A DNA stretch of 64,000 nucleotides, taken from the NCBI RefSeq assembly GCF_009914755.1, contig NC_060936.1; one strand, 5' to 3'. The notes beneath the pieces are model-generated. The model saw nothing but the letters and a program-made list of their open reading frames with translations. It was not told where the DNA came from and ran no database searches. The DNA is from the human T2T-CHM13v2.0 reference genome, Homo sapiens. Below, piece by piece: positions 28,844 to 43,130 of the stretch (positions are counted from its first letter, which is position 1; each line of letters opens with the position of its first letter). A program made the position numbers and the translations under genes.

Positions 28844-29663
28844 ATGTATATGTATATATAGATATATACATATATTTATATATATAATCATATATATCTA
28901 ATTGAAAACCACTATTGTAGTGAGTGGGGATAGAAGCAATGAACTTTGCAGTGTGATTATATATATATAGATATATACACACACACATATATATAAAATC
29001 ATATATATCGTATGTATGTCATACATATGTCATAAATACGTGATTTCTTAAAAATTAAATACATGAGTCTTAAAATTTTCTTTAAAATTCTTAAAAAATT
29101 AAAATTTCTTTTATTACTATAACTTTTTTAACAATGAACTATCATTTTCAAGGCCTCTGCTCAGAATAATAGTGTCTATCTACCTATATAATTTTCGAGT
29201 TTCTCCCACATTTCTGCTAAGGTATCTAAAATAATTATACGGAATTTACCAAACAACAACTACAATGAGGCACTCTACATTATTAACCTGACCTGATAGT
29301 GTCTTAAGCAATTTCCTCTCTTATAAAACAGAGATACTTTTTCTCACAGAGTTGCTATGCCAAGTACAATAATAGATGTATTGCAGTAGTTAGCTTTTTT
29401 CCCATTTAGTTCTATAGCATATTAGCGTTTAAATTATTAAGATATAAGGGTTATTTTTTGAAGGAGATTGGAATAGACTCTACAAGGGCAACGATGTTGC
29501 CCAATTTTCTTCATCACGTTTCCAATGCCCTGCACAAAGTCAGCACTCAATACACATGTGTGAAATAACTACAAACATAACGACCTCACATGCAATACAA
29601 ATTAATATCTCTCATCTAACATCAGTAGTTGAGTAAGGTATTGACTTAAATATTTTAAGTATG

Positions 29664-30043
<380 letters not shown>

Positions 30044-30548
30044 CTAAAAATAACTAACGTGATTATTACTAATTAACAATAACTATCAAGCTTAATCATT
30101 TAGATCCATTAGAAATATATTACATTACGAAATTGTTAACACATATTATTTCATATGTATTTTCATAGCTTGGCCAAGGGAATGATTTGTGATGGTGCAT
30201 CTTTTCTATTAATGTCTAATAATGCTGGGTAGGATTAATACATAGAATCACAGAATCGAAAAGAACTTCTGGAGTCAAATAGTCCAACTATATGTTTCAA
30301 GTATGGATAGATAGCCGACTGTATTTTTAAATAATTCCAATTTAGTAAACAGCTACGTTTATTTTAAAACTCCAGGTTTTCTGAAAGCCACCAAGTAGTT
30401 AGAAGAAATCTCAGGGAAAAAAGTCTCACTTGGGCCTAGCTTTCCTTAGCTTTTGTGCACCTCATGATAAACCCCCTTGATGGTCACCAATCTATTGCTA
30501 AATTAGCAAAATTTTTGGATTGAAAATTACGTTATAAAAGTTGGTTTC

Positions 30549-30861
30549 GGTTGGGCGCAGTGGCTCACACCTGTAATCCCAGCACTTTGGGAGGCCAAGG
30601 CGGGCGGATCACGAGGTCAGGAGATAGAGACCATCCTGGCTAACACGGTGAAACCCCGTCTCTACTAAAAATACAAAAAATTAGCCAGGCGTGGTGGCGG
30701 GCACCTGTAGTCCCAGCCACTCGGGAGGCTGAGGCGGGAGAATGGTGTGAACCCGGGAGGCGGAGGTTGCAGGGAGGCGGAGGTTGCAGTGAGCCGAGAT
30801 CATCGTGCCACTGCACTCCAGCCTGGGTGACAGAGCAAGACTCCGTCTCAAAAAAAAAAAA
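30549..30861 (+). mobile_element. AluY/Sc-type element with a 17-bp tandem duplication and a 3-bp insertion
   Basis: TSD aaaagttggtttc at 30536-30548 and 30862-30874. Confidence 0.95.
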
Positions 30862-31344
30862 AAAAGTTGGTTTCAATTTTGAATCATTGTGCTTGATTGC
30901 TTGACCTAAATGAAATGGAACATAGCACATCTGGACACATCTTGCAGTGACTGATAAGCACCATGGCTGAGTTTGTCTCATAAAGCCACAGCCTTGTGCC
31001 TCCTCTCTGAGGCAGCCTGAGCCATCAGGAACACCCTCCCAAGCCAAGCTTCACGGCCAAGGCTGTGGGGGTCTGTTGAAGGAAACCTCTCTCTCATGAT
31101 CATGCACTCTAGAGGCCCCTCAGACTGCCAAAATGACGTCCACTGGCTTAGGGGACATTGTGGAGGATAATTTGTCTCAGGGATCTTCCCTTGCATGCCA
31201 CAGTACGCTGCAGATGGCACTGAAAGTAATCAGTGTGTTAGATCTGAAAGTATGCTTATGTATGTTTCCTGGCATTAGGCAAAATCAAAGGAAAGAGAGT
31301 GTGGAACAGGTCTAAACCTGAGTGAGAACCATCATTTATATGCT

Positions 31345-31590
31345 TTCTTTCTTTTTATTATGGTAAAATGTTCCATATTTTAACCATATTCAAAATTTTC
31401 AATTTTAACCATATTTAAGTGTACAATTCAGTGGCATTAACTATATTCACAATGTTTTGTAACCATTATCATTATCTATTTCCAAAATATTTCATCACCC
31501 TAAACAGGAACTCTGTATCCATTATGCAATAATTCCCCATTCCCTTCCATCCCTTGCCTTTGGTAACATCTAATCGACTTTCTGTCTATA
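31345..31590 (-). mobile_element. L1MB-type 3' end
   Basis: ttaagtgtacaattcagtggcattaa...ttcacaatgttttgtaaccatt...ttcatcacccta. Confidence 0.8.
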
Positions 31591-31619
31591 ATTTCATTCA
31601 GCTATTTTTAATAATTTTA

Positions 31620-31870
31620 TTTCACATGTATTTAGCACTTAGTATGTGCCAGGCACTGGCTACTAAGTGTTTTGCATGAATTAACTCATTTAATACTCAT
31701 TACCACCATAAGGGGTACCATTAACTCCTTTTCACAGAGGTAGAAATAGAGATTAAGAAAGATGGAGTTACTTCTCAGTATGGCATAGACTGTAAGTAGC
31801 AGAACTTCAACAATGAACTCCAGCAACCTGACTCCAAAGCTCACACTTTTGACTATGATGTTGGCCTGCC
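31620..31870 (-). mobile_element. MIR
   Basis: gcacttagtatgtgccaggcact...ctcatttaatactca...ttcacagaggtagaaatagag. Confidence 0.75.
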
Positions 31871-32016
31871 TACTGTTGAAAATTCTTTCTGAGTTCTAAC
31901 TTTGTATTTAAGCTTACACTCATTCCTCTCAGTCAGTCCAGTGGAAAAAAAAAAAACAGAACTGCTAGGCAACAAAATACTCCTTTTATGGCATTAATTT
32001 TAAAAGACAGTGATGA

Positions 32017-32346
<330 letters not shown>

Positions 32347-33352
32347 AAGAGACACTACTTTTAAGCGATGCTTGCTAAAAGTGCATCCTTTAAGGTTGCT
32401 CTTAATTAGTAATCTTGGCTTTGTTTGTAACAAAGGAAAACCAAAATTTATTCACCAACATGCCTGTTCAAGTTCTCCTAACAGAAACTTTGCACAGATC
32501 CATTCTCACACTGAATATCACCTACTTTTTCCAACCCACTAAATACCATACAGTTAAGTATCAAATGCATATCACTATTACTTGAATGACTGGTGTCCAA
32601 TTTCATTTTCACTTTGTTCATATGCCCATTCCATCTGATCCCTGCCTTCCTCTTGTCACATTCCTTTCCCTGAGTCACACTGATACCTACCCAACTCCTA
32701 ACTTACAGTTTATTTTACTGTATAATCACCCTAATCCAATTTATAGGTACTGATTTATTATTTTTTGCATATACGCCAGCAGGCAAATTTCTCAGAATCA
32801 GGTGAGAGTGCAGTCATTAATTATAATGCTTATAGTTGCTTACTTATAGTTGAATTTTATATCATATTATTTTTGCATATATATTTTTATACTTAGTATA
32901 TATATATTTATCATAGTTGCATTAATAATTATAATGCTTATAATTACTTTCCCTGTCAACTAAGAACACCTGTTTTCTTCTAACAGCTGCTTCCCAGTTG
33001 TTAAAGCCAATATCACCCATTAGGAGAGATGACACATTGCATTTTGAAGTCCCTGTGAATGTCACAGGTATATAGTTTTCAAAATGCAGCCCAGGTTCAT
33101 CCTTAAGAGATCTAGTCCATACAGGTTATATCCTGCTGAAGGTAATAAATGCTTACGTTTTCAACAGATTTTTTAAAGCAGTATACTTATGAATTTTATA
33201 ATAGTTATTTCGTTTATCTAGATGTAACTGAAATTGTGTTTTTGCCACAAAAACCATTTCATAAAATACTGGATTGGTTCCCATGAAGCAATGTATGAAG
33301 TTCCATGAGTTTAAGATAGTGTTATTGTACTTTTGAGATTAATAACAACACA

Positions 33353-34612
33353 GAAGAACACATAGGTGAAATGCTTCAGGACATTGGTGTAAGCAAAGAT
33401 TTTATGGGTAAGACCTCAAAAGCAAAGGCAACAAAAGCAAAAGTAGACAAATGGGATTAGATCAAACCGAAAAGCTTCTGCATAGCAAAGGAAACAATCA
33501 AGGGAGTGAAGAGACCACCTGCAGAATGGAAGAAAAATCTTGCAAACTATTTATCCAAGGAATTAATATGCAGAATATACAAAAAAAAAAACCAACCTTG
33601 ACTCAACAGAAAAAAACCAAATACTCCAAGAAAAATAAAGGGCAAAGGATCTGGATTGACATTTCTCAACAGAGAACATGCAAATGGCCAATAAATACAT
33701 GAAGAAATGTTCAACATCAATAATCATCAGGGAAATGCAAACCAAAACCATGAGAAGATATCATCTTACCACAGTTAGAATGGCTATTATCAAAAAGAGA
33801 AAAAATAACAAATGCTGGCAAGGATGTGAACAAAAAGGAACTCTAATACACTGCCGTTGGGAATATAAATTAGTACAGCCATTATGGAGAACATTATGGA
33901 AGTTCCTCAAAGAACTAAAAATAGAATTACCATATGATCCAACAATCCCATGACTGGGTATTTATCTGAAGGAAAGGAAATCAGAATATTGAAGAGATAT
34001 CTGCACCCCCATGTTTACTGCAGCACTATTCACAATAGCCAAGATACAGAATCAACCTAGGTGCCCAACAACAGATGAACAGATGAAGAAAATGTGGTAT
34101 ATATACATGATGGAATACTACTCAGCCATAAAAAGGAAGAAATTGTGTCACTTACAGCAACATGGATGATCCTGGAGAACATTATATTAAGTGAAATAAG
34201 CCAGGTGCAGAAAGAGAAATACCACATGCTGTCACCCATACATGGAACCTAAAAAAGTTTATTTCACAGAAGTGGAGAGTAGAACAGTGGTTACTAGAAG
34301 ACAGAAAGGAGCGGGGATAGAAAGAGGTTGTTTAAAGGATACAAAATTACAGCTAGATAGGAGGAATAAGTTCTAGCTTTTTATAGCACTGTAGAGTGAT
34401 TATATTTAATAATAATTTACTGTATATTTTCAAATAGCTAGAAGAAAGAATTTTGAATGTTCCCAACACAAAGAAATGATAACTGTTTGAGGTGATGGAT
34501 ATGCTAATTACCTGATTTCATCATTAGACATTGTATACATGTATCGAAATATGACTTTGTATTTCATAAATATGTACTACTATTATGTGCCACTTAAAAT
34601 TTTAAAAATTAA
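33353..34612 (+). mobile_element. 5'-truncated L1MA (about MA2-4)
   Basis: ORF2 C-terminal remnants; 3'UTR tacaaaattacagctagataggaggaataagttctag; TSD agattaataacaa(c/t)aca at 33336-33352 and 34613-34629. Confidence 0.92.
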
Positions 34613-34769
34613 AGATTAATAACAATACAAGGTAATTTGAAGAAAGAGGATAAAATTGATACAAACATGGGAGTTGAGAGCAAGGCAAGGATACTTCTTG
34701 TTAGACAAACCAAGGAGAGTTTTTCGGAAGAGTGGTATCTGGATGGCAAAATGGGGAAGGGGTAAAAGC

Positions 34770-35000
34770 ACACATCTGTGGCTAAGTTTAACTATTCAAA
34801 TCAAGAGTCTACCAAATGCTAGCTGTGTGACCTTGGATACATGATTTAACCTCCCTAAGCATTGGTTTTAAAATGATCAGAAAAAATTATACCTGCCTCA
34901 TAAAGTTGCTATTATGATTTAAATGATTTAATAAATGTAAAGCAATTAGCACAATGTTTGGCATGTGGTAAGTTTTCAGTAATGACCAGCTGATATCTCA
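34770..35000 (+). mobile_element. MIR
   Basis: ctagctgtgtgaccttggatacatgatttaacctccctaagc. Confidence 0.75.
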
Positions 35001-35389
35001 GAAAATTTAGAAAGGCAGGTCAAAATAATAAATGCATAAATAGGACAGTGGTATATGTCATAATAAAGGAAAAGGTCTTGATTTAGGAAAATATCTTGAT
35101 TACTTCTTTGGGTAGAGAAAGTGATGCTTTGTTTCCCTCTTCCCAGAGCATGGTGGAGAGGAAAAAGATTAGATAGTTAGGTAGATAGACAGACACAGAA
35201 CAAGAGGGAGATAGAGAGAGAGAGGAAATGTAAAGATGTGAAATTGAGAGCCACAAGGGAGGATAAAAAGAGAAACAGTCCAGGGAAAATGGAGGGCTGT
35301 AAGGTGAGAAATACCTACCTGGTAAGAAAGAACTTTGTGCAGGGGTCAGTCTCTGGGGACAGAAGCCTATTTATTTTGAGGGCCCCTCA

Positions 35390-35550
35390 GGAAAAAAATA
35401 TTACCAAGATATGTGCTATTGCAGATTTTACAAAAATATATGGCCAAGTGAGCACATTGCTAGGGCTCTTTCCAAGGGCTGGAAAGAAGCCTGGTTGCAT
35501 TAAGAGAGCAGAAACTTAAACTTCATTAGCTTAATGGAAAATCTGCCTCT
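35390..35550 (-). mobile_element. hAT-Tip100 DNA transposon end (Arthur1/MER69-like)
   Basis: Ends cttcattagcttaatggaaaatctgcctct and contains acattgctagggctc; family assignment from memory. Confidence 0.55.
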
Positions 35551-36241
35551 CATTTTGTGAGAAGAAATAGCCAAAGCATTTTTAGAAAAATGGGATCTCT
35601 ATTTCATTTTGTCTTTTTGACATTTGTTTTGTTCCTCTTTGGTCCTCCTCCATTTGCCTCAAAATTTGGAATACTCTGCTACAAACTGTTTGTATGGGTG
35701 TTGCTTTGAGGGGAATGAAGGAAATGAAGGGAGATGAGTCTGTCAGGCATAGGTGATTCCAGTATAAAAAAGAAAAGCATTCATGATCTATATAACCCAA
35801 GGAAAGCAAGTCACTGCATAGTGCTAAATGTCCAAGTGAAAATACAATATAGCCCCTTGGGAGTGGGAGTTAAGCTTAGGAGAGGTGTCGAGATAGAATA
35901 ACTCTTTTTGAAGAATTGAAAGTGACTGAGATCCAGAAAGGAGATGGTAATAAGAAAGAAAAGAGATGATTACGTGTATAATCTTGTAAAACTTCCACAT
36001 TTAGGAGATAAGCAGCAACAGAAGAAAATAATGCAAAAAAAGGCAGTCAGGCAGGAGGGAGAGGAGTAACAGTAAAAGCTCATGGGTGTGAGAACTGCCA
36101 TTTTGGAGCTATATTGCAGTGTTTTATTAGGGACTTTACATTTACATGGTACTGTGTGTAACTTCAGGCTTGTCAATTTAATAGCTATGTCACCTTTGGC
36201 AATTTACTTACTCTATCTTTTCTTTAAAAAAGTGGGTGAAA

Positions 36242-37038
36242 TAAACATACGTGTACATGTGTCTTTATAGTAGAATGATTTATAATCCTTTGGGTATATA
36301 CCCAGTAACGGGATTGCTGGGTCAAATGGTATTTCTGGTTCTAGATCCTTGAGGAATGGCCACACTGTCTTCCACAATGGTTGAACTAATTTACACTCCC
36401 ATCAACAGTGTAAAAGCGTTCCTATTTCTCCACACACTCTCCTGCATCTGTTGTTTCCCATAGCCTTGTAGTACAGTTTGAAGTCAGGTAGCATGGTGTC
36501 TCCAGCTTTGTTCTTTTTGCTTAGGATTGTCTTGGCTATACGGGCTCAATAGCAAAGTCTTGGAACCAACCCAAATGCCCATCAATGATAGACTGGATAA
36601 AGAAAATGTGGCACATATACACCATGGAATACTGTGAATCCATTAAAAAGGATGAGTTCATGTCCTTTGCAGGGACATGGATGAAGCTGGAAACCATCAT
36701 TCTCAGCAAACTAACACAGGAACAGAAAACCAAACACTACATGTTCTCACTCATTTATGTGGCGGGGGGGAGTCGAACAATAAGAATGCATGGACACAGG
36801 GAGGGGAACATCACACACCGGGGCCTGTTGGGGGTGGCGGGATAGGAGAGGGGTAGCATTAGGAGAAATACCTAATGCAGATGACGGGTTGATGGGTGCA
36901 GCAAACCACCACGGCATGTGCATACCTATGTAACAAACCTGCACCTTCTGTACATGTATCCAAGAACTTTAAGTATAATTTTAAAAATATATTATATATA
37001 TATATGTACACAAGAAATACTGATTACAAATGTAGAAT
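36242..37038 (+). mobile_element. L1PA7/8-like insertion with 5' inversion (twin priming), inserted into a MIR
   Basis: Antisense L1 at 36242-36547, sense L1 3' end at 36548-36987; TSD aaaaaagtg(g/a)gtgaaa at 36226-36241 and 37039-37054. Confidence 0.93.
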
Positions 37039-38083
37039 AAAAAAGTGAGTGAAAACACCTATGTGAGCAAAATACCTACCACATAAAATTGTTGCAATAC
37101 TTTAGTCTGGAGAAAATATCATGTCAAGAAAACCAGAGAAAAAGGGGGTTGCCATAAAACTTTTGATTCCTAATATTGAATGCTGCAGAAAGGTCAAGAA
37201 ATGTGAACATTATGGAGATAGTGATTAAGAAGTTATATCGGATTTCCAAGAGAGTCATTCCAGTGGAAGGGTGAAGTCTAAATTAAATGACTATAACAAG
37301 TATAGAATACTGCTTATAGACAAATTTCTCCCTCCTATTTGCCTGTCAAGAATATAAAGTCCTTGAAGATAAAGATCTGGTCTCAGAAAATATAGTGTAA
37401 ATATTTATTAATAAATCTAACAAATCTCCCCATTCTGCTTCTACATTATCTAAAATTAGTTTATTTATTCTAATCTAATGTATTTTAGACACTTACTAAA
37501 TATTGCACTTATACTTACATACCTTACAGTTAGTGTAAGGTACAAAGTTACCAGTGTAAAAGAGATTCAGTACCTTCTGGTTTGTAATTAAGTTTTATGA
37601 TTTATACACAGAGTCCCCCTTCTCATCATTCACTGAGTAAAAGTTTTGGCATCCTGTAATGTGTAACTTACTCTTGATTCTTGCCCACTCAGTAATGTTT
37701 AGAGGTATCTGTGTTTTAATTAATTTATTTTTGTTGTAAATGGCCGAAACCAAAAAGATCATAATGAATAATAAATTGTCATGCTTACACAATCTGTTAG
37801 ATTGATGGATTTTCAAGCAAAAAGAAACACAAGCAACTGTAGTCAACTAATTTTCTTTTCCTCGAATTAAACATTTTTAAAGAAAATGATAACAACTAGT
37901 AAATATGCTTGGCTTCATATTAAAAGGACAAAGTCAAGGTTTATTTTAAGGCTGGAGTTGTCCCTTTTAAAATATGAAGAAAAAACATCCGTGAGTGAAA
38001 AAGTAATTTATATTTTAAAAGCTGCTAAGGCAAATGAAAACACACCTCATTTAAGAAGGAGAAGAAGAAGTTATATATCTTAA

Positions 38084-38429
<346 letters not shown>

Positions 38430-39294
38430 CCTTTAACTTGTTTTTTAAGGCTTTTGATTAACCTAAAGGTTCAAGTTCACTCTTATTCAGCCTTCTAATT
38501 ATCTTATGACATGAATATTGAGAAAATCGGCAATGGAAACTTTGTCTAACACTTGAAAGTATATTTTCACACATTTAATCAGCTGTTTGCTTGCCTCCTA
38601 AGGTTCCCACCAGTAGAAGTTTATCATAAAGCCTTCCCCTGTAAATTACAACTATTGGGATTATAGCTCTAGAATTCATTCTTCTTAAGAGCAATTTCTT
38701 CTGGGGTTACCATACCTGACAAGATTTGTAGTTAGCAGTCACTTAAAAGGTATTAGTATTATTTTTGTACCCATCTGTTTCTCTGTCATTGAGATAAAAT
38801 GCTCTCTGTGCATTTTGACAGTCAGAGGTATTAAGCCCCAAGAGAAAAGAACTGCATTTTACTTTCTGCATCTTCATACACATCATGTTGTGCTGTTCAC
38901 ACACAAGAACTTAAGAAATCTTTAATGTGGATAATTTGGCACCCATATTCCACAAAGTTTACTGCTATTTCAGTCATTTTAGCATCCTATGGTGCAGTGG
39001 GAGGCCAAATATCAGAACAGAAAGAGCGTGGAAAATTTTAATATGACAGTCCTAGAAATTATTCTTTTCTATTCCATTTTACTGGCTGTACAGACCAGAG
39101 CAAATTACTTAATCTTTTTCAACCTCACTTTCCTCATCTAGTAATAATAACCACTTCAGAGGGTTATTGTAGGGATTGCGGTAAGGTCATGATAATAGCT
39201 AACATTTACTGAGCCATTGCTTGGTTTACCGTATTAACTAATATAATTCTCTCAACAATGTCATGAAACAGGTTTTTTTTTCTTCTTTAAACTA

Positions 39295-39419
39295 CTATTA
39301 TTTTTTGGAGAAAGGGACTTGCTATGTTGCCCAGGCTGGTCTTGAACTCCTGGCCTCAAGTGATCCTCCACCATCTGCCTCAAAGTGATTACAGGCATAA
39401 GCCACATCACATCCTGCCT
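39295..39419 (-). mobile_element. FLAM/Alu left monomer inserted in a MIR (MIR about 39190-39590)
   Basis: gctatgttgcccaggctggtcttgaactcctggcctcaagtgatcc; MIR sequence continues on both sides. Confidence 0.85.
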
Positions 39420-39729
39420 AAAATAGGTATTATTATCACTCCATTTTAAAACAAGGAAATTGAGGCACATAAATATTAAGTAATTTGCCCTATTCCACAT
39501 AGAGAAGTCATTTGCAGAGCCTAGATTTATAGCCAGAGAGCCATCCTCCAAGCCTACTTGTAACTCTTAACCATCATGCTGCACTGCTTGTTTATTATTA
39601 CACTAAATGCCCTTAGACATGGAGTTTGAAGCAGCTACTGTTCCAAACAACTATAGCAAGAAGAATTTTAGATAATCCCAATAAGTCAATGCCATCTTGT
39701 CCCAGAGTGTGGAAATCTTAAGTGTCCTT

Positions 39730-40350
39730 AGCATTTCGTTATCTAGACTCTGATTGAACATGCAGGGTGATCTATCCCTTTTTCCTATGGTTCTTGTGAT
39801 TAGTAAATTTCTTATTTGGAGTCCAAACCTGCCTCCTGGTAAATTTACTAGTTTTCCTCTCTGGAGCAACAAAGATTAATCTAATCCCAAATCCACACAC
39901 TAGTTTAGCTCTTCATGTATTTAAGGATAGCTTTTTACAGCACCTTTCATTTTTCTTATTTTTTAAAAAAATATTCCTGATGAAGATTTATTCAACTACC
40001 CTCTTATATCTGCCAGGACTTTCATCTCCTGGAAAACTTTTCCTCAATTATGCTTCCATTTGCTGATAGCCTCTTAAAACTATTGGCCCAAAGTAAATAC
40101 AGTATGCCATTATAAAATAAGTAACGTAGAATTTAAGGAGAGTTTTGTTTCATAGACCCTGTTTCTTTTAATTATAGGTTAAGTTTGCATTTTCTTTTAA
40201 AGCTAGCACATTATACTTTTGGCTCATACTTAACTTCGAATCAGTAGCCAAATAAAGCATAAAAACTGTTAAACTTAGTTCCCTCTATGTTGCACAGTTG
40301 GTTTTTCTAACCTAAATGCAAGAGTGTATTTATACTTTATTAATATTCAT
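39730..40350 (-). mobile_element. L3/CR1 relic
   Basis: ttggtttttctaacctaaatgcaagag...aatattcat resembles the antisense CR1 RT 3' region. Confidence 0.45.
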
Positions 40351-41541
40351 GGACTGCCTACTATATGCAAAGCATGATGACAAGCCCTATGAAAAACACA
40401 AAATCATAGGTTCCATCTCTACTTTCCATGGAACTCATACTCCAGTGGGAGGGAATGAGGAAAAAGGTAAGGGAGGAAAGACAGACACCTAAAGAAAAGA
40501 AAACTAAAGGAAAGGGGCAAAGAACACAATGAGTGTGGGCCAAAGATGGAAGAGATCAGAATTAAGGATCTAGAAATGTTGAGGGCTGAAAGCAGGACAA
40601 ATGCAGGAGATGCTTTTGTTTGTCAAGTGTCATAATGTTATTTGATCCCATTGTTCCTACAATTTGAATAGCTCTGAATCTTGATCCTGTCTTTTGTCAT
40701 ATAAGCTACCCTCTCAAAACTGTCATTCACAAATTTGATTGTTCTTCTTTAACTTGGCCCAAAATCCATTATTTGCTATTTAACTTGATCCTTGTGCACC
40801 ACATTTTACTGTAAGTCTAAAAAAATTAACCTGGAATATAATTTATTCTCTCAAAAAAAAAAAAAAAAAAAACAGTAAGTTTTTAAGGGAGAGTTATCTA
40901 TTAGATGGATAGGGCTGACTGCTGTAAGGTTTTTTTTTTGTACCTAAGTCCTAGTGGCTTCTTCCAGAAAGTTTCCATGACAGAAAGCAATAGACACTGA
41001 CCATAGATGAGAACCCTTTGGGAAGAAGTACAGACTCTGGGAGCATTAGAAATTTAGGAACGGAAAAAAACAGCCTCATCCCCCAGCTCCATTCCTAGTA
41101 AACCTCATAAACTTCATATCATTATTGTTTTTTCCTATGTTCCTCCTCATTTACATTCTCTCATCATAAGTTTCACCTCACAGTCTGCAGATTTCTGAAT
41201 GGCCAAAGTTCATCACTCTTAGGAGTCATTCACTGAGCATCAGTGAAATCATACTTATGTTTAAAACAGGTGATTTTCTTTCTTATTCCAGCAATACTGA
41301 GACCTGCATAACCCGAAAATCTTTCTACATACACATGGCTTAAAAATATAATATTAAACTTATAACTGACCTCATTGAAAAAATGAAAATTCCTATGTGG
41401 CATAAGAAGCCAAACACCAGATATGGATTTATGGGCCAAGTGATTGACAACAGAGTGAACCTGGTCTTATAGGAGGCTCAAGACTCCAGCATAGGCAGAA
41501 TCCTTGGAAGGCCTGCCCCTCAGTTTAAGAGTAAGAAAGAA

Positions 41542-41543
<2 letters not shown>

Positions 41544-41576
<33 letters not shown>

Positions 41577-41598
41577 CTCTCTCTCTCTCTCTCTCTCT
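41544..41598. repeat. Compound (AC)~15(CT)~13 microsatellite
   Basis: Directly visible. Confidence 0.95.
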
Positions 41599-41839
41599 CA
41601 CGCACTCACAGATAAAAAAAATCCACCAGCACAGGCGATTAGGAGGAGACATTATTTCTACCTATGCTTGAGTGGGGAGAAAAAGAAATGTTAGCTCTTA
41701 CAGAATTTTGAAGTTAAAAATTTATATAATTTGTGTGGCATACCACTTGGCAAAAACATTAATGCAAATTATGCATTGTAATACCCCTGCTACACCTGCG
41801 GAAACAAATGTAAATTTTCCCTGGAGGGAAAAGATCTCA

Positions 41840-43130
<1,291 letters not shown>

